Source of the DNA: Candidatus Latescibacterota bacterium
GTDB lineage: Bacteria; Latescibacterota; UBA2968
DNA: 64,000 bases
Assembly (NCBI GenBank): GCA_965205975.1
Contig: OZ242195.1
Coordinates: 320,001 to 384,000 of the forward strand
Direction: 5' to 3'
The notes beneath the pieces were generated by a model. That model saw only the letters and a program-made list of their open reading frames with translations. It did not search any database and had not been told where the DNA came from. Positions 9,541 to 19,399 of this stretch are shown here, one piece after another (position 1 is the first letter of the stretch; every line of letters begins with the position of its first letter). Both the position numbers and the translations under genes were made by a program.

Positions 9541-10317
9541 CTACGATCGCCACCTGCGCGATTCGAGCACCGTATGTGTTAAAAAGAGGAAAAAAGTCGC
9601 AGCACTAATAAAAAATACCACGTCGTGCGTATCGACAACACCGTGAATCATGTCTCGGGTGTGTTCTATGAGGGAGAGAAATTTTAAAATAACAAAAAAT
9701 ATGTCGCTGGCAAACCGCGCTGCCCAGTCGATAATCCACAATAGAATTAAAAAGAAAAAAGACAACACAGCCGCGATAATCTGATTTTCGGTCAAAGATG
9801 ACGCCAAAATACCCACGCTGATAAATGTGGCGCCAATCAGCACCACAGCCAGCGCACCGGAAAAAATGGGGCCCCAGTCCAATTGCGCGTGCATAGACAA
9901 CACGCCAATATAGCCAAAGGCCATTGCTTCGATTAGCAAATACAATACATAACAAGCGAGAAATTTTCCTATCAAAATTTGTGCTGAAGTAATCGGCGAG
10001 GTCATCAACAACTCATACGTGCCCCCGCGTTTTTCCTCGGCGTAAAGACGCATCGTGAGCATTGGAATTACAATCATCCAGATAAAAGTCTGAAATTCAA
10101 AGAATGGCGTGACGACTTCTGTATTGACGTTTAGCAGGATTTTTTCCTCGCGTTCTGCCAATTTCAGATATACGGCCATATCGTGAAATTCGAGCAACTG
10201 GTTGCGAAAAACAAAGCCGCTAAATAGCAAAAACACACCGGCCATCACATAAGCGATTGGCGAGCCAAAATACGACCGCATCTCTTTGCCAAAAATCGCC
10301 ATTACATTGCCCATCAC
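9541..10317 (-). CDS. ABC-2 type transporter permease (GldF-like)
   Basis: KEMRSYFGSPIAY, MRLYAEEKRGGTYELL and ENQIIAA; multiple hydrophobic helices. Confidence 0.88.
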   Translation of the reverse strand: MMGNVMAIFGKEMRSYFGSPIAYVMAGVFLLFSGFVFRNQLLEFHDMAVYLKLAEREEKILLNVNTEVVTPFFEFQTFIWMIVIPMLTMRLYAEEKRGGTYELLMTSPITSAQILIGKFLACYVLYLLIEAMAFGYIGVLSMHAQLDWGPIFSGALAVVLIGATFISVGILASSLTENQIIAAVLSFFFLILLWIIDWAARFASDIFFVILKFLSLIEHTRDMIHGVVDTHDVVFFISAATFFLFLTHTVLESRRWRS

Positions 10318-11240
10318 ACCTCCTCCTCGTGCATGGTCAGCGCGTGAAAAATTTCTTCCAAAGACATGGCGTCACGCTTCATTTCCACCAGTCCCATGCC
10401 CAATTCGACAATGCGAGCCGATACTGCGGCACTCAAATCCGCTTCAGCCGGCCAATGGACATGCAGCCCATTGTTCAGGTGCGTCACGTCGCTAATCCCT
10501 TCAATAGTGGCAATGGCTTTGGCTGCAATATCTACATCGCCCGATATCCGCACAAAAAATCGCGTTGTGTCGCGCGTATGAGCCGTGAGATTTTCAGGGG
10601 TATCAACAGCGACAATTTTGCCTTCGTGAATAATGATCACGCGATTGCAGGTCATTTCAACTTCGGGCAAAATATGCGTGCTCAAAATTACCGTACGTTC
10701 CTGGGCAAGTTCGCGGATCAATTGTCGCACCTCGATGATCTGATTGGGATCGAGACCCGAAGTCGGCTCGTCCATGATGATTACTTCAGGATCGTGCAAT
10801 ATCGCCTGTGCAAGTCCTACCCGTTGTCGATATCCTTTGGATAAATGACCGATGAGTTGCTCGGTGCGATCCACAAGCCCGCATTGGGCAATAGCTTCAT
10901 CAATTCGCTGTCTGGATTCTTTTGGCGCAACGCCCTTGATTTTAGCGATAAACTCCAGATATGTACGCACGCGCATATCGCGATACAGGGGAGGCAATTC
11001 GGGCAAATACCCAATGCGTTTTTTGACTTCCAATGGATTGTCAAAGATGTCGTAGCCGGCAATGCGCGCTGTGCCTTCTGTGGCGGGTAAAAAACAGGTG
11101 AGCACGCGCATGGCCGTGGTTTTGCCCGCGCCATTTGGACCCAAAAAACCGACAATTTCGCCTTTACCTACCTGAAACGAAATGTCGTCAACAGCCGTAA
11201 ATGCGCCGTATCGCTTTGTCAGGCGATCAACTTCTATCAC
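10314..11240 (-). CDS. ABC transporter ATP-binding protein (GldA-like)
   Basis: GPNGAGKT, LSKGYRQR, DEPTSGLDP and STH. Confidence 0.93.
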   Translation of the reverse strand: MIEVDRLTKRYGAFTAVDDISFQVGKGEIVGFLGPNGAGKTTAMRVLTCFLPATEGTARIAGYDIFDNPLEVKKRIGYLPELPPLYRDMRVRTYLEFIAKIKGVAPKESRQRIDEAIAQCGLVDRTEQLIGHLSKGYRQRVGLAQAILHDPEVIIMDEPTSGLDPNQIIEVRQLIRELAQERTVILSTHILPEVEMTCNRVIIIHEGKIVAVDTPENLTAHTRDTTRFFVRISGDVDIAAKAIATIEGISDVTHLNNGLHVHWPAEADLSAAVSARIVELGMGLVEMKRDAMSLEEIFHALTMHEEEV

Positions 11241-11250
11241 GTTTTGCTCC

Positions 11251-12132
11251 TTATCCTTTAATTTTTTTTGCCCGCATCCTGAAAAATTGCATCAACGGTT
11301 CGTGATACGCTCCTTGAGTCGAAATATTCACGGCGTCTAAGCCCATACGTCGAAATAACGCTTCACGGTCATCGCGCTCTTTTTTTGTCAGCTTTTGGAA
11401 TGCCTCGCGCACTGCTGCATCGCCAAAATCGACCATTATACCTTCGCCCGTCTCAGCATCTTCCAACTCCACAATGCCAATTGCAGGCAGATCGTACTCC
11501 CGAGGATCTTCCAGTGCTATCGCTACCAGATCATGGCGCTGATTGGCAACGCGCAATGCTTTCTCATAGTCAGAAGCGAAAAAATCCGATACCAGAAACA
11601 CGACACTGCGCCGATAGGTCACGCGATTTAAATATTCCAATGCCGTATCGATATTTGTACTGCGTCCTGAGGGCTGAAAATACAACAACTCTCGAATTAC
11701 GCGCAGCACATGCTTTTTGCCCTTTTTGGGGGGAATAAACAGCTCAACTTCGCCGGTAAAAATGATCAGTCCCACGCGATCGTTGTTCTGAATTGCGGAA
11801 AAGGCGAGCAAAGCACAAATTTCAGCACCTATCTCGCCTTTCATTTGCGCCACCGTTCCAAAGTCACCCGACGCACTCGCATCCACCATCAATATCACGG
11901 TGAGTTCGCGCTCCTCATCGAACACTTTGACAAAGGGATCTCCCATACGCGCTGTCACATTCCAGTCAATTGTGCGAACATCATCGCCGGGCTGATATTC
12001 TCGCACTTCCGCAAACGCCATGCCCCTGCCTTTAAATACCGAATGGTATTCGCCGGCAAATATTGTATTTACCAGATTGCGCGTGCGCAACTCAATGCGT
12101 TTCACTTTTTTTAAAATTTCAGTTGGAATCAT
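11251..12132 (-). CDS. DUF58 domain protein (MoxR partner)
   Basis: GEYHSVFKGRGMAFAEVREYQPGDDVRTIDWNVTAR and DASAS. Confidence 0.92.
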   Translation of the reverse strand: MIPTEILKKVKRIELRTRNLVNTIFAGEYHSVFKGRGMAFAEVREYQPGDDVRTIDWNVTARMGDPFVKVFDEERELTVILMVDASASGDFGTVAQMKGEIGAEICALLAFSAIQNNDRVGLIIFTGEVELFIPPKKGKKHVLRVIRELLYFQPSGRSTNIDTALEYLNRVTYRRSVVFLVSDFFASDYEKALRVANQRHDLVAIALEDPREYDLPAIGIVELEDAETGEGIMVDFGDAAVREAFQKLTKKERDDREALFRRMGLDAVNISTQGAYHEPLMQFFRMRAKKIKG

Positions 12133-12143
12133 GGGAAAAATTA

Positions 12144-13139
12144 TCACGGCACTTCAACGTGATCGAATATTTGGCGTGCGATTTCTTCGGAGTTAATTTC
12201 CTCGGCTTCTGCCTCGTATGTCACCAGTACGCGATGGCGCAATACGTCCATGCCAATGGCTTTCACATCTTCGGGAGTAACATAGCCGCGGTGGCGCAAA
12301 AACGCATGCGCTTTGGCAGCGCGGGTCAGGGCGATAGACGCGCGTGGAGATCCGCCAAATTCGATTAGAGCGCGTAAATCACCCAAACCGTAAGCCTCTG
12401 GATCGCGGGTTGCCAACACGAGATCGACGATATAATCTTTGATTTTATCATCCACGTAAATCTCGTCGACCACACTCCGCGCGCGAATGAGATCGTCAGT
12501 TGTTATGACTGTCCCAATTTTGGGGGGTGCATTGCGGCTCATGCGATCGACAATGGCGCGTTCTTCCTGTTTATTGGGATATGTTACCCGCACTTTCAGC
12601 ATAAAGCGATCGACCTGTGCCTCGGGTAGTGGATAGGTCCCTTCTTGTTCGATGGGATTTTGCGTGGCCAGCACCAAAAAGGGATCGGGCATGGCAAATG
12701 TTTCGTTTCCAATGGTAACTTGGCGCTCTTGCATAGCTTCGAGCATGGCACTTTGCACTTTTGACGGTGCGCGATTGACTTCATCGGCGAGTACGAGTTG
12801 GGCAAAAATAGGCCCTTTTTGAGCCATAAATTCGCCCGTCTCCCGGTGATAGACCATTGTGCCAATCAGGTCTGCGGGCAACAAATCGGGTGTAAACTGA
12901 ATGCGTTTAAAAGATGCTTGAATCGCCTGAGCCAATGAATTGACGGCTAATGTCTTAGCAAGACCGGGAACGCCTTCGAGCAGGACATGGCCGTTGCACA
13001 ATAGGCCGATTAGCAATCGCTCAATCATGTCCTGCTGTCCGACAATGACCTTGCCCACCTCGGACAATAATCGATCGACAAACGCGCTTTCGCGCCCAAC
13101 CCGTTCATTGATTAATTGAATATCTTGTCCAACTGTCAT
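12144..13139 (-). CDS. moxR: MoxR family AAA+ ATPase
   Basis: EGVPGLAKT, RIQFTPDLLPAD, DEVNRAP and ATQNPIEQEGTYPLPEAQVDRF. Confidence 0.95.
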   Translation of the reverse strand: MTVGQDIQLINERVGRESAFVDRLLSEVGKVIVGQQDMIERLLIGLLCNGHVLLEGVPGLAKTLAVNSLAQAIQASFKRIQFTPDLLPADLIGTMVYHRETGEFMAQKGPIFAQLVLADEVNRAPSKVQSAMLEAMQERQVTIGNETFAMPDPFLVLATQNPIEQEGTYPLPEAQVDRFMLKVRVTYPNKQEERAIVDRMSRNAPPKIGTVITTDDLIRARSVVDEIYVDDKIKDYIVDLVLATRDPEAYGLGDLRALIEFGGSPRASIALTRAAKAHAFLRHRGYVTPEDVKAIGMDVLRHRVLVTYEAEAEEINSEEIARQIFDHVEVP

Positions 13140-13143
13140 TGCA

Positions 13144-13626
13144 TCACTCTCGACTTATTGGTTTGGTACGCAACCACTGATCGGGCACTTTGCCCAAATT
13201 TTCGATTGAAAATTTGGCATCATCCACTAACTCAGAGTTTGGATAGGTATCAATCACCTGTTGATAGGCTACTCGCGCTTGTTCGTAATCGCCGAGTTGG
13301 TCGTGGATATAGCCAATCATAAACTGTGCCTGTACACAATATCGGCTCTGCGGAAATCGCGCGATCAGGATTTCGTATCGCGCAATGGCTTCTTTGTGCT
13401 TTTGTTGATTCAGTAATACCCTCGCCAGAGCCTGTAGTGCCACCTCAGCCCGAGGATCGTCGGGAAAACGCGTCAGAAATTCCGCCAATTTGACTTCGGC
13501 CACGGGATACGACGCCATATCGTGCGTGGCCTGTTCGCCCTCTCGAAAGAGTAAATCCGCAGATTGTTCTTGTGCCCCACAGGCGACAAAAAGTGGCAGA
13601 AAGAATAAGAATCGAAATCTGTGCAT
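13144..13626 (-). CDS. TPR lipoprotein (BamD/CpoB-like repeats)
   Basis: Lipobox FVAC and three TPR-like helices ending in FP/YP. Confidence 0.75.
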   Translation of the reverse strand: MHRFRFLFFLPLFVACGAQEQSADLLFREGEQATHDMASYPVAEVKLAEFLTRFPDDPRAEVALQALARVLLNQQKHKEAIARYEILIARFPQSRYCVQAQFMIGYIHDQLGDYEQARVAYQQVIDTYPNSELVDDAKFSIENLGKVPDQWLRTKPISRE

Positions 13627-13713
13627 CTTTGCCGACCTCCTTTGCTTATTTATACTTTTTCAAAAACGTTTTTGTCCAACTCGAGTTCCGTTTTTTCTTT
13701 TCAGACAGTGCAA

Positions 13714-15003
13714 TTAGATTAGACGGTGTATATTAAAAGAACGTCCTATTTTCGTCAAGATTTCTGTGCGTTTGAAAAGCAAAGACGAGAGGCCTACCAG
13801 TATCAATCCACCGTATTCCACCCATTGGACCCATGCGGCTTCTTCCCATACGCCACGAGCCTGGTATTGAATCAAAATATGATAGGATAAGACTACCAGG
13901 AGTGAGAAAGCGATCCAGGGCGGATGCCGATAAAAAACGAGAAATGGGATTAACCACAAGACATACCATGGATGGAGCGTGGGGGTGAGTAGAACAAAGG
14001 TCGCCGCAGTCAGATATGCACCGTGCAACAGGGGGACGCGCTTCCAGATCAGCAACAGTACAACACTTGAAAAGAGCAAGGCAATGATACCGCGTGCAAT
14101 TTGTCCATCGCCGCAAAGCAGAATGAGTACATCAAATACCGCGCTGTTAAATGACCAGTGCTGTACATAAGTCTCCAGGCTACCCAAAACAGGCGCGCCG
14201 GTCCACGCATAGGGCAAATAGCCCAGAAACGCGACACAGGGTGCCATGAGCAGAGCGGGCCAATTGGTTGGCAGCCACCCTTTCCAACGCACGAGATTCG
14301 GCAAAAAAACAAGGGGGAAGAACTTCACCAGAACAGCCCCGCCCAGCGCACTTAGTGCGATGTAATCTCGCCCTTTTAAGAACAAGTAAAATGCAGCCAA
14401 TAAAGCGACAATGCCCAGTGATTCTATATGTCCATTTCCAGCAATTTCTACTACGACCAGCGGATGCCAGAAGTAAATCAAAACCCATTGCGTCCGCTGC
14501 TCAAAATGCCTGAGCAAACAGACTATAAGCCATCCCGAAATTAGATCGGCACAGACGAGTAGCACTTTGATACCCAGTATGCCACCCGAAATGCCGTACC
14601 CCACCCAGAATGCTATTTGGGCGATGGGCGGATAAATGGTCGGCAATTCGGGGTGGTTAATTTTAGAGAAAATGTGCGCGTCTCGTACAGGTGCCAGTTC
14701 TTGTGCCGCAGGCGCAAACTGGTAGGGATTGATGCCCGCCCACTGTACGCGTCCATCCCATACATAGCGATAAATATCATCTGACAGCGCGGGGATGGAA
14801 AACAAAAGGCTAAGCCGAAATACAGCCGCAGCGATTACAATAGCTGTCAATGGCACATATTCACAATGCCAGACTGCAATGAGATAGGCCACAGATGCAA
14901 TGCCAAAAAGCACAAAAAAAACCGGCAGGCCCAATGCCGGCATCGCAGCAAAACTGCTCGTCATGACCAACCCCATTAAAAGGGGCACGATCCATCGCTG
15001 CAT
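13714..15003 (-). CDS. GT-C fold integral membrane glycosyltransferase (GT87-like)
   Basis: LSDDIYRYVWDG, TIYPP, GNGHIE and HPWYVLW; many TM helices. Confidence 0.8.
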   Translation of the reverse strand: MQRWIVPLLMGLVMTSSFAAMPALGLPVFFVLFGIASVAYLIAVWHCEYVPLTAIVIAAAVFRLSLLFSIPALSDDIYRYVWDGRVQWAGINPYQFAPAAQELAPVRDAHIFSKINHPELPTIYPPIAQIAFWVGYGISGGILGIKVLLVCADLISGWLIVCLLRHFEQRTQWVLIYFWHPLVVVEIAGNGHIESLGIVALLAAFYLFLKGRDYIALSALGGAVLVKFFPLVFLPNLVRWKGWLPTNWPALLMAPCVAFLGYLPYAWTGAPVLGSLETYVQHWSFNSAVFDVLILLCGDGQIARGIIALLFSSVVLLLIWKRVPLLHGAYLTAATFVLLTPTLHPWYVLWLIPFLVFYRHPPWIAFSLLVVLSYHILIQYQARGVWEEAAWVQWVEYGGLILVGLSSLLFKRTEILTKIGRSFNIHRLI

Positions 15004-15029
15004 AAATATCTCTTAGCGCAATATGCCCA

Positions 15030-15938
15030 TTACCGCTGGTCTTGTCCAATGTGCCACCGGTGTGTGTTTATTTGCAAAACGATTTTGCCCTGTTTAAATA
15101 CGCGAACCGTTCCTGTTGACTCAGAAATAGCCAGGGCGATGGCCCGGGTGGTTTTGGTAATCGCCGCCGCCGCCACATGCCGTGCGCCCAACCCCTTGGG
15201 CAAAGTGAGACCGCGCGCACTCGCTGAAATATAGCGCCCTCCAGAGAGGATAATTCCATCTTCCCGAATGATAAATGCACCATCCATCAGCGATACTTCT
15301 TTGACACCTTCGTGAACATCGGGATTGCAGATATTTTTTTCTTTATCGGAATATCCACGAAAAGGATCAAATGTCATGGACCGCGAATGGTGCAAAACCC
15401 GTTTGGAATCGCCTATTACAAATAAGGTGCCGACCGGTTCGCCTTCGCGACCTTCCGTACCAATATCGATGGAAAGATCGAGCGTGGTTTTGACAACTTT
15501 GAGTGGCAAATCGCCCGCTATGGCTGAGATTTTTGCCGAATCGTATATATCAAACCCAATACTGGTATCCATCACCGTTATCGCATCCACACCCCGCGAA
15601 GCCAGCATATGACTCAGGCATACCAATCGCGCATCCCGATGAATATGCCCGCTTTCCATGCCTCTGATAACGCATTGTCGCACCTGTTCGAAGTGCGTGT
15701 CATTGCCCAGGTGATAATCATAAGTTAAACGCTGCACACCCTTTTCTTCAATACCTTTCAAAAAGTGTTTTTTTCGCGTAATAATCAGGACTTGGCAGGT
15801 GGTGTTCAACTTGAGAACATCAGTGTGGCTCACGTCGGAATTGGCCACGAGCAGGATCATATCGGCGCAGGTTTCCCGAGCCAAATTTTTGGCGGTACTC
15901 AGCAAGGACTGCGTGTGGTTTTTGTGGGAGTTAGCCAT
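15030..15938 (-). CDS. Diadenylate cyclase (DisA_N/DAC domain, DacZ-like architecture)
   Basis: EGREGEPVGT, DGAFII, GLGARH and SESTG; no HhH or TM domain. Confidence 0.85.
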   Translation of the reverse strand: MANSHKNHTQSLLSTAKNLARETCADMILLVANSDVSHTDVLKLNTTCQVLIITRKKHFLKGIEEKGVQRLTYDYHLGNDTHFEQVRQCVIRGMESGHIHRDARLVCLSHMLASRGVDAITVMDTSIGFDIYDSAKISAIAGDLPLKVVKTTLDLSIDIGTEGREGEPVGTLFVIGDSKRVLHHSRSMTFDPFRGYSDKEKNICNPDVHEGVKEVSLMDGAFIIREDGIILSGGRYISASARGLTLPKGLGARHVAAAAITKTTRAIALAISESTGTVRVFKQGKIVLQINTHRWHIGQDQR

Positions 15939-16000
15939 AAAACACTTTTGTGAGAAGATTATTTTAGCCTTGTGAACACATGCCCCAAAGCTACTATTTA

Positions 16001-16624
16001 CTAACGCCGGGATGAGAAGCGTCGCCGCCGACCATAAGTCACATTCTCTCGTTCCTGGGATATGTTATGTGATGTTATGCCCCCTCCTCGTTCTAAATCC
16101 AAAAATTCCCCAGGAATATGTTTGGTCAATACGGTTGGGCCACAATCGTAGAAATGCACGCCACTCTGATGGGCGCGTGTCGCAGCAATGCGTATGACAG
16201 CCCCTCGGCGTCCGGGTCTGGCGCTTAATCTCGCGGCGACATCGGCATCAAACGACAAATGTACATAATCGCGATCATCTGGTGCCAAGCCTTCGGACAA
16301 TAATCGCTCAGCATCGGCAGAATCTACTCCTTTATACAAAAATTCGGGGGGTTCTGATGGATCGAGACCCAGATCAATGGAAAAACTGTGTCCATAACGC
16401 GCTCGAATGCGGTTTTCCACAATCTCGAAACGTTGCTTTTCTCCATCATAAACCACTTTTTCAATATCTTCAAGAGTAAATGTCGAATTTCGGTCTTGAA
16501 ATGCACTTAAAACCGCATCGAGGTCGGCAAAACCATAGCGATCGACTTGTAGCCCAAACTCATCGGGCCTGTGTCGCAACATCAATGACAACAATTTGGA
16601 AATGTGTACAATTCTCGGTACCAT
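16001..16624 (-). CDS. kptA: RNA 2'-phosphotransferase (KptA/Tpt1)
   Basis: ISKLLSLMLRH, KQRFE, IRARYGHS and R.YVHLS. Confidence 0.9.
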   Translation of the reverse strand: MVPRIVHISKLLSLMLRHRPDEFGLQVDRYGFADLDAVLSAFQDRNSTFTLEDIEKVVYDGEKQRFEIVENRIRARYGHSFSIDLGLDPSEPPEFLYKGVDSADAERLLSEGLAPDDRDYVHLSFDADVAARLSARPGRRGAVIRIAATRAHQSGVHFYDCGPTVLTKHIPGEFLDLERGGGITSHNISQERENVTYGRRRRFSSRR

Positions 16625-16648
16625 GCGCTTTCTCCGTAATAATAATTT

Positions 16649-18016
16649 CTATGAAAACACCACATCTTGCGCAGCATCCACATCCTGAACGCCAATCAAC
16701 GACAGGCTATCGGGAATGCGCGCTCCACTCAAATTTGCTTTGGCGGCAATACACCGCGTGAAGCCCAGTTTGCGCGCTTCGGTCATTCTGCGTTCAATTT
16801 GACTAACAGCACGCACTTCTCCACCCAGCCCAACTTCGCCAATTACAACCGTATCGCGGTGCATCTGTCTGCTGCGAAAGCTCGACGCCATAGCCATAGC
16901 TACACCCAGATCGACAGCGGGTTCGTCGATACGCAAGCCCCCTGCGACATTTAAGAAAATATCTTCAGTTCCCAATTGCAGGCCCGACCGTTTTTCGAGC
17001 ACAGCAATTAAAATTGCCATTCGCCGGGCATCAAATCCCGTAGCCACGCGTTGCGGGTATCCGAAATTACTGCGACTGACCAGTGCTTGTACTTCGACCA
17101 AAATGGGACGTGTACCTTCAATTGTGCAAACAATGGCTGTGCCTTCTCGCTCGGCCTCGCGCTCGGGCAAGAATACCTGTGAGGGATTATCCACTTCGAC
17201 CATCCCCCGATCACACATTTCAAAAATGCCAATTTCATTTGTCGATCCAAACCGGTTCTTGGCCGCCCGCAAAATGCGAAACGCACCGTGTTGTTCGCCT
17301 TCCAGATAAAGTACGGTATCGACGATGTGCTCGAGCACGCGCGGCCCTGCAACGGTGCCTTCTTTGGTGACATGTCCGATTAAAAAAATTGATGTGCCCG
17401 TGCGTTTGCCCAGTGCCACCAGTCTTGCAGAAGATTCTCTAACTTGTGCCACACTTCCCGGCGCGCTTTGCAGGTCTGGGCTAAAAATGGTCTGCACCGA
17501 ATCGACCACAACTGCGACGGGCTGCATTTCTTCGATGTAGCCGCAAATCAGATCGAGATTGGATTCAGAAATCAAGTACAATTCATCGGATAACGCGCCG
17601 ATTCTTTGGGCGCGCATTCGCGTTTGGCGGGGGGACTCTTCTGCGGATACGTACAGTGCCTTCATACCCGAAAATGCGAGTTGTGCAACGCCTTGCAACA
17701 GCAATGTGGATTTGCCTATGCCGGGGTCGCCGCCAACAAGCGCAGCCATGCCGGGCACTATGCCGCCACCCAATGTGCGGTCAAATTCGCCGATGGCTGT
17801 TTCTATGCGGTCTTCTTTGCCGCCCACCACTTCCGTAATCGGTTGCGGTGGATTTGCTTTGACCCATTCGTCCGCGCGTCTGTTTTGTTTTACCTCGGGC
17901 GATGCCTGTTCTTCGACACAGGTGTTCCATTCACCACAGGATACACACCGACCAAACCACCGTCTCGAATCAGCACCGCATTGCTGACATACATACCGCA
18001 CGCGCACTTTGCCCAT
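16649..18016 (-). CDS. radA: DNA repair protein RadA/Sms
   Basis: C4 zinc finger, GDPGIGKST, KNRFG and a Lon-like C-terminus. Confidence 0.97.
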   Translation of the reverse strand: MGKVRVRYVCQQCGADSRRWFGRCVSCGEWNTCVEEQASPEVKQNRRADEWVKANPPQPITEVVGGKEDRIETAIGEFDRTLGGGIVPGMAALVGGDPGIGKSTLLLQGVAQLAFSGMKALYVSAEESPRQTRMRAQRIGALSDELYLISESNLDLICGYIEEMQPVAVVVDSVQTIFSPDLQSAPGSVAQVRESSARLVALGKRTGTSIFLIGHVTKEGTVAGPRVLEHIVDTVLYLEGEQHGAFRILRAAKNRFGSTNEIGIFEMCDRGMVEVDNPSQVFLPEREAEREGTAIVCTIEGTRPILVEVQALVSRSNFGYPQRVATGFDARRMAILIAVLEKRSGLQLGTEDIFLNVAGGLRIDEPAVDLGVAMAMASSFRSRQMHRDTVVIGEVGLGGEVRAVSQIERRMTEARKLGFTRCIAAKANLSGARIPDSLSLIGVQDVDAAQDVVFS

Positions 18017-18028
18017 GGGTTATATTCC

Positions 18029-19399
18029 TCAGGGAAATTCGCGATAGATTTCGGGCTCTTCAAAGCGGAGGTATTCTGCCTGAAAGATTAAAAAAACGCT
18101 GCCAATCGGCCCGCTGCGCTGCTTGCCCAAAATGATCTCGGCTCTGCCTTCTTGCGTATTGCCCTCTTCATCTACAATGCCATATACTTCGGGGCGAAAG
18201 AGAAACATCACCACATCCGCGTCCTGTTCCAGGGAACCACTCTCACGCAAATCGGCCAATTGTGGTCGTTTATCCGTGCGACTTTCCACAGCCCGCGACA
18301 ATTGCGCGCAGGCAACGATCGGAATATCGAGTTCTTTGGCGAGAGCTTTCAGAGACCGCGAAATATAGGCGATTTCTTGTTCGCGGCTGCCAAAATTTTC
18401 AGATGCGGTCATCAGTTGTAGATAATCGACAATGATTAACTCAATATTGTATTCGGATTTTGCACGGCGCGCTTTGGCACGCAGTTCCATGACGGAAATA
18501 GCAGGTGTGTCATCAATGTATATGGGGGCCTCAATAAGCTTTCCAGTCCACTCGGATAAGCGTTGCCATTCCTCTTCTGATAGCCTGCCCGTTCGCAAAC
18601 GGTGCGAACTCACGCGCGCTTCTGCACACAAAAGTCGCTGTGCGAGTTGCTCTGTTGACATTTCCAGAGAAAAATACAGCACGGGTGTACTGCCCTTCAC
18701 GGCGGCATTGCGCGCCATGCACAATGTGAGTGCTGTCTTGCCCATCGATGGACGCGACGCGAGGATGATCATGTCCGAAGACTGCAAGCCCGCTGTGATC
18801 TCATCCAGGTCCGTATAGCCCGTGGTCACGCCAGTCAGCGCGCCGGGCTGTTCGTGCGCGCGCTCAATCGCTACATAAGCCTCTTCAATTGCGGATGCAA
18901 GGGACATAACGCCTTTGCCCAATTCGCCTTCGGCAATTTGAAAGACCCGTTGTTCGGCGCGGTCGATGAGTTCGCGCACATCCTCGGTTTCTTCATAGCT
19001 TTCGGTAAGCGTTTGGGTCGCTGCGGCGATCAATCGCCGCCGTTGTGCTTTTTCGAGTACGATCTGTGCGTGGTATTCTGCATTGGCTGCTGTCGCCATT
19101 TCACTGGCCAGCTCGGCAATCAAAACCGCGCCGCCGACATCATCGAGTTGCCCTCTGCGCACGAGTTCCTCAGTGAGTGTGACCTGATCGACGGGATCGC
19201 CGCGTTCAGACAATTTTTGAATTGCCGCATAGATTTTTCGGTGTGGGGTATGATAAAAAGCCGTTTCATCCCCCAATACTTCTACCACGCGATTGATTGC
19301 CATATTGTCAATCAACATGGCACCCAACACAGCGCGTTCGACTTCGAGTGCCTGGGGCAGCGCGCGTTCAGCCGTGTTCAATGTCGGATTTTCGACCAT
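18029..19399 (-). CDS. dnaB: Replicative DNA helicase
   Basis: SRPSMGKT, IVDYLQL, QLSRAVE and DLRESGSLEQDAD. Confidence 0.97.
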   Translation of the reverse strand: MVENPTLNTAERALPQALEVERAVLGAMLIDNMAINRVVEVLGDETAFYHTPHRKIYAAIQKLSERGDPVDQVTLTEELVRRGQLDDVGGAVLIAELASEMATAANAEYHAQIVLEKAQRRRLIAAATQTLTESYEETEDVRELIDRAEQRVFQIAEGELGKGVMSLASAIEEAYVAIERAHEQPGALTGVTTGYTDLDEITAGLQSSDMIILASRPSMGKTALTLCMARNAAVKGSTPVLYFSLEMSTEQLAQRLLCAEARVSSHRLRTGRLSEEEWQRLSEWTGKLIEAPIYIDDTPAISVMELRAKARRAKSEYNIELIIVDYLQLMTASENFGSREQEIAYISRSLKALAKELDIPIVACAQLSRAVESRTDKRPQLADLRESGSLEQDADVVMFLFRPEVYGIVDEEGNTQEGRAEIILGKQRSGPIGSVFLIFQAEYLRFEEPEIYREFP

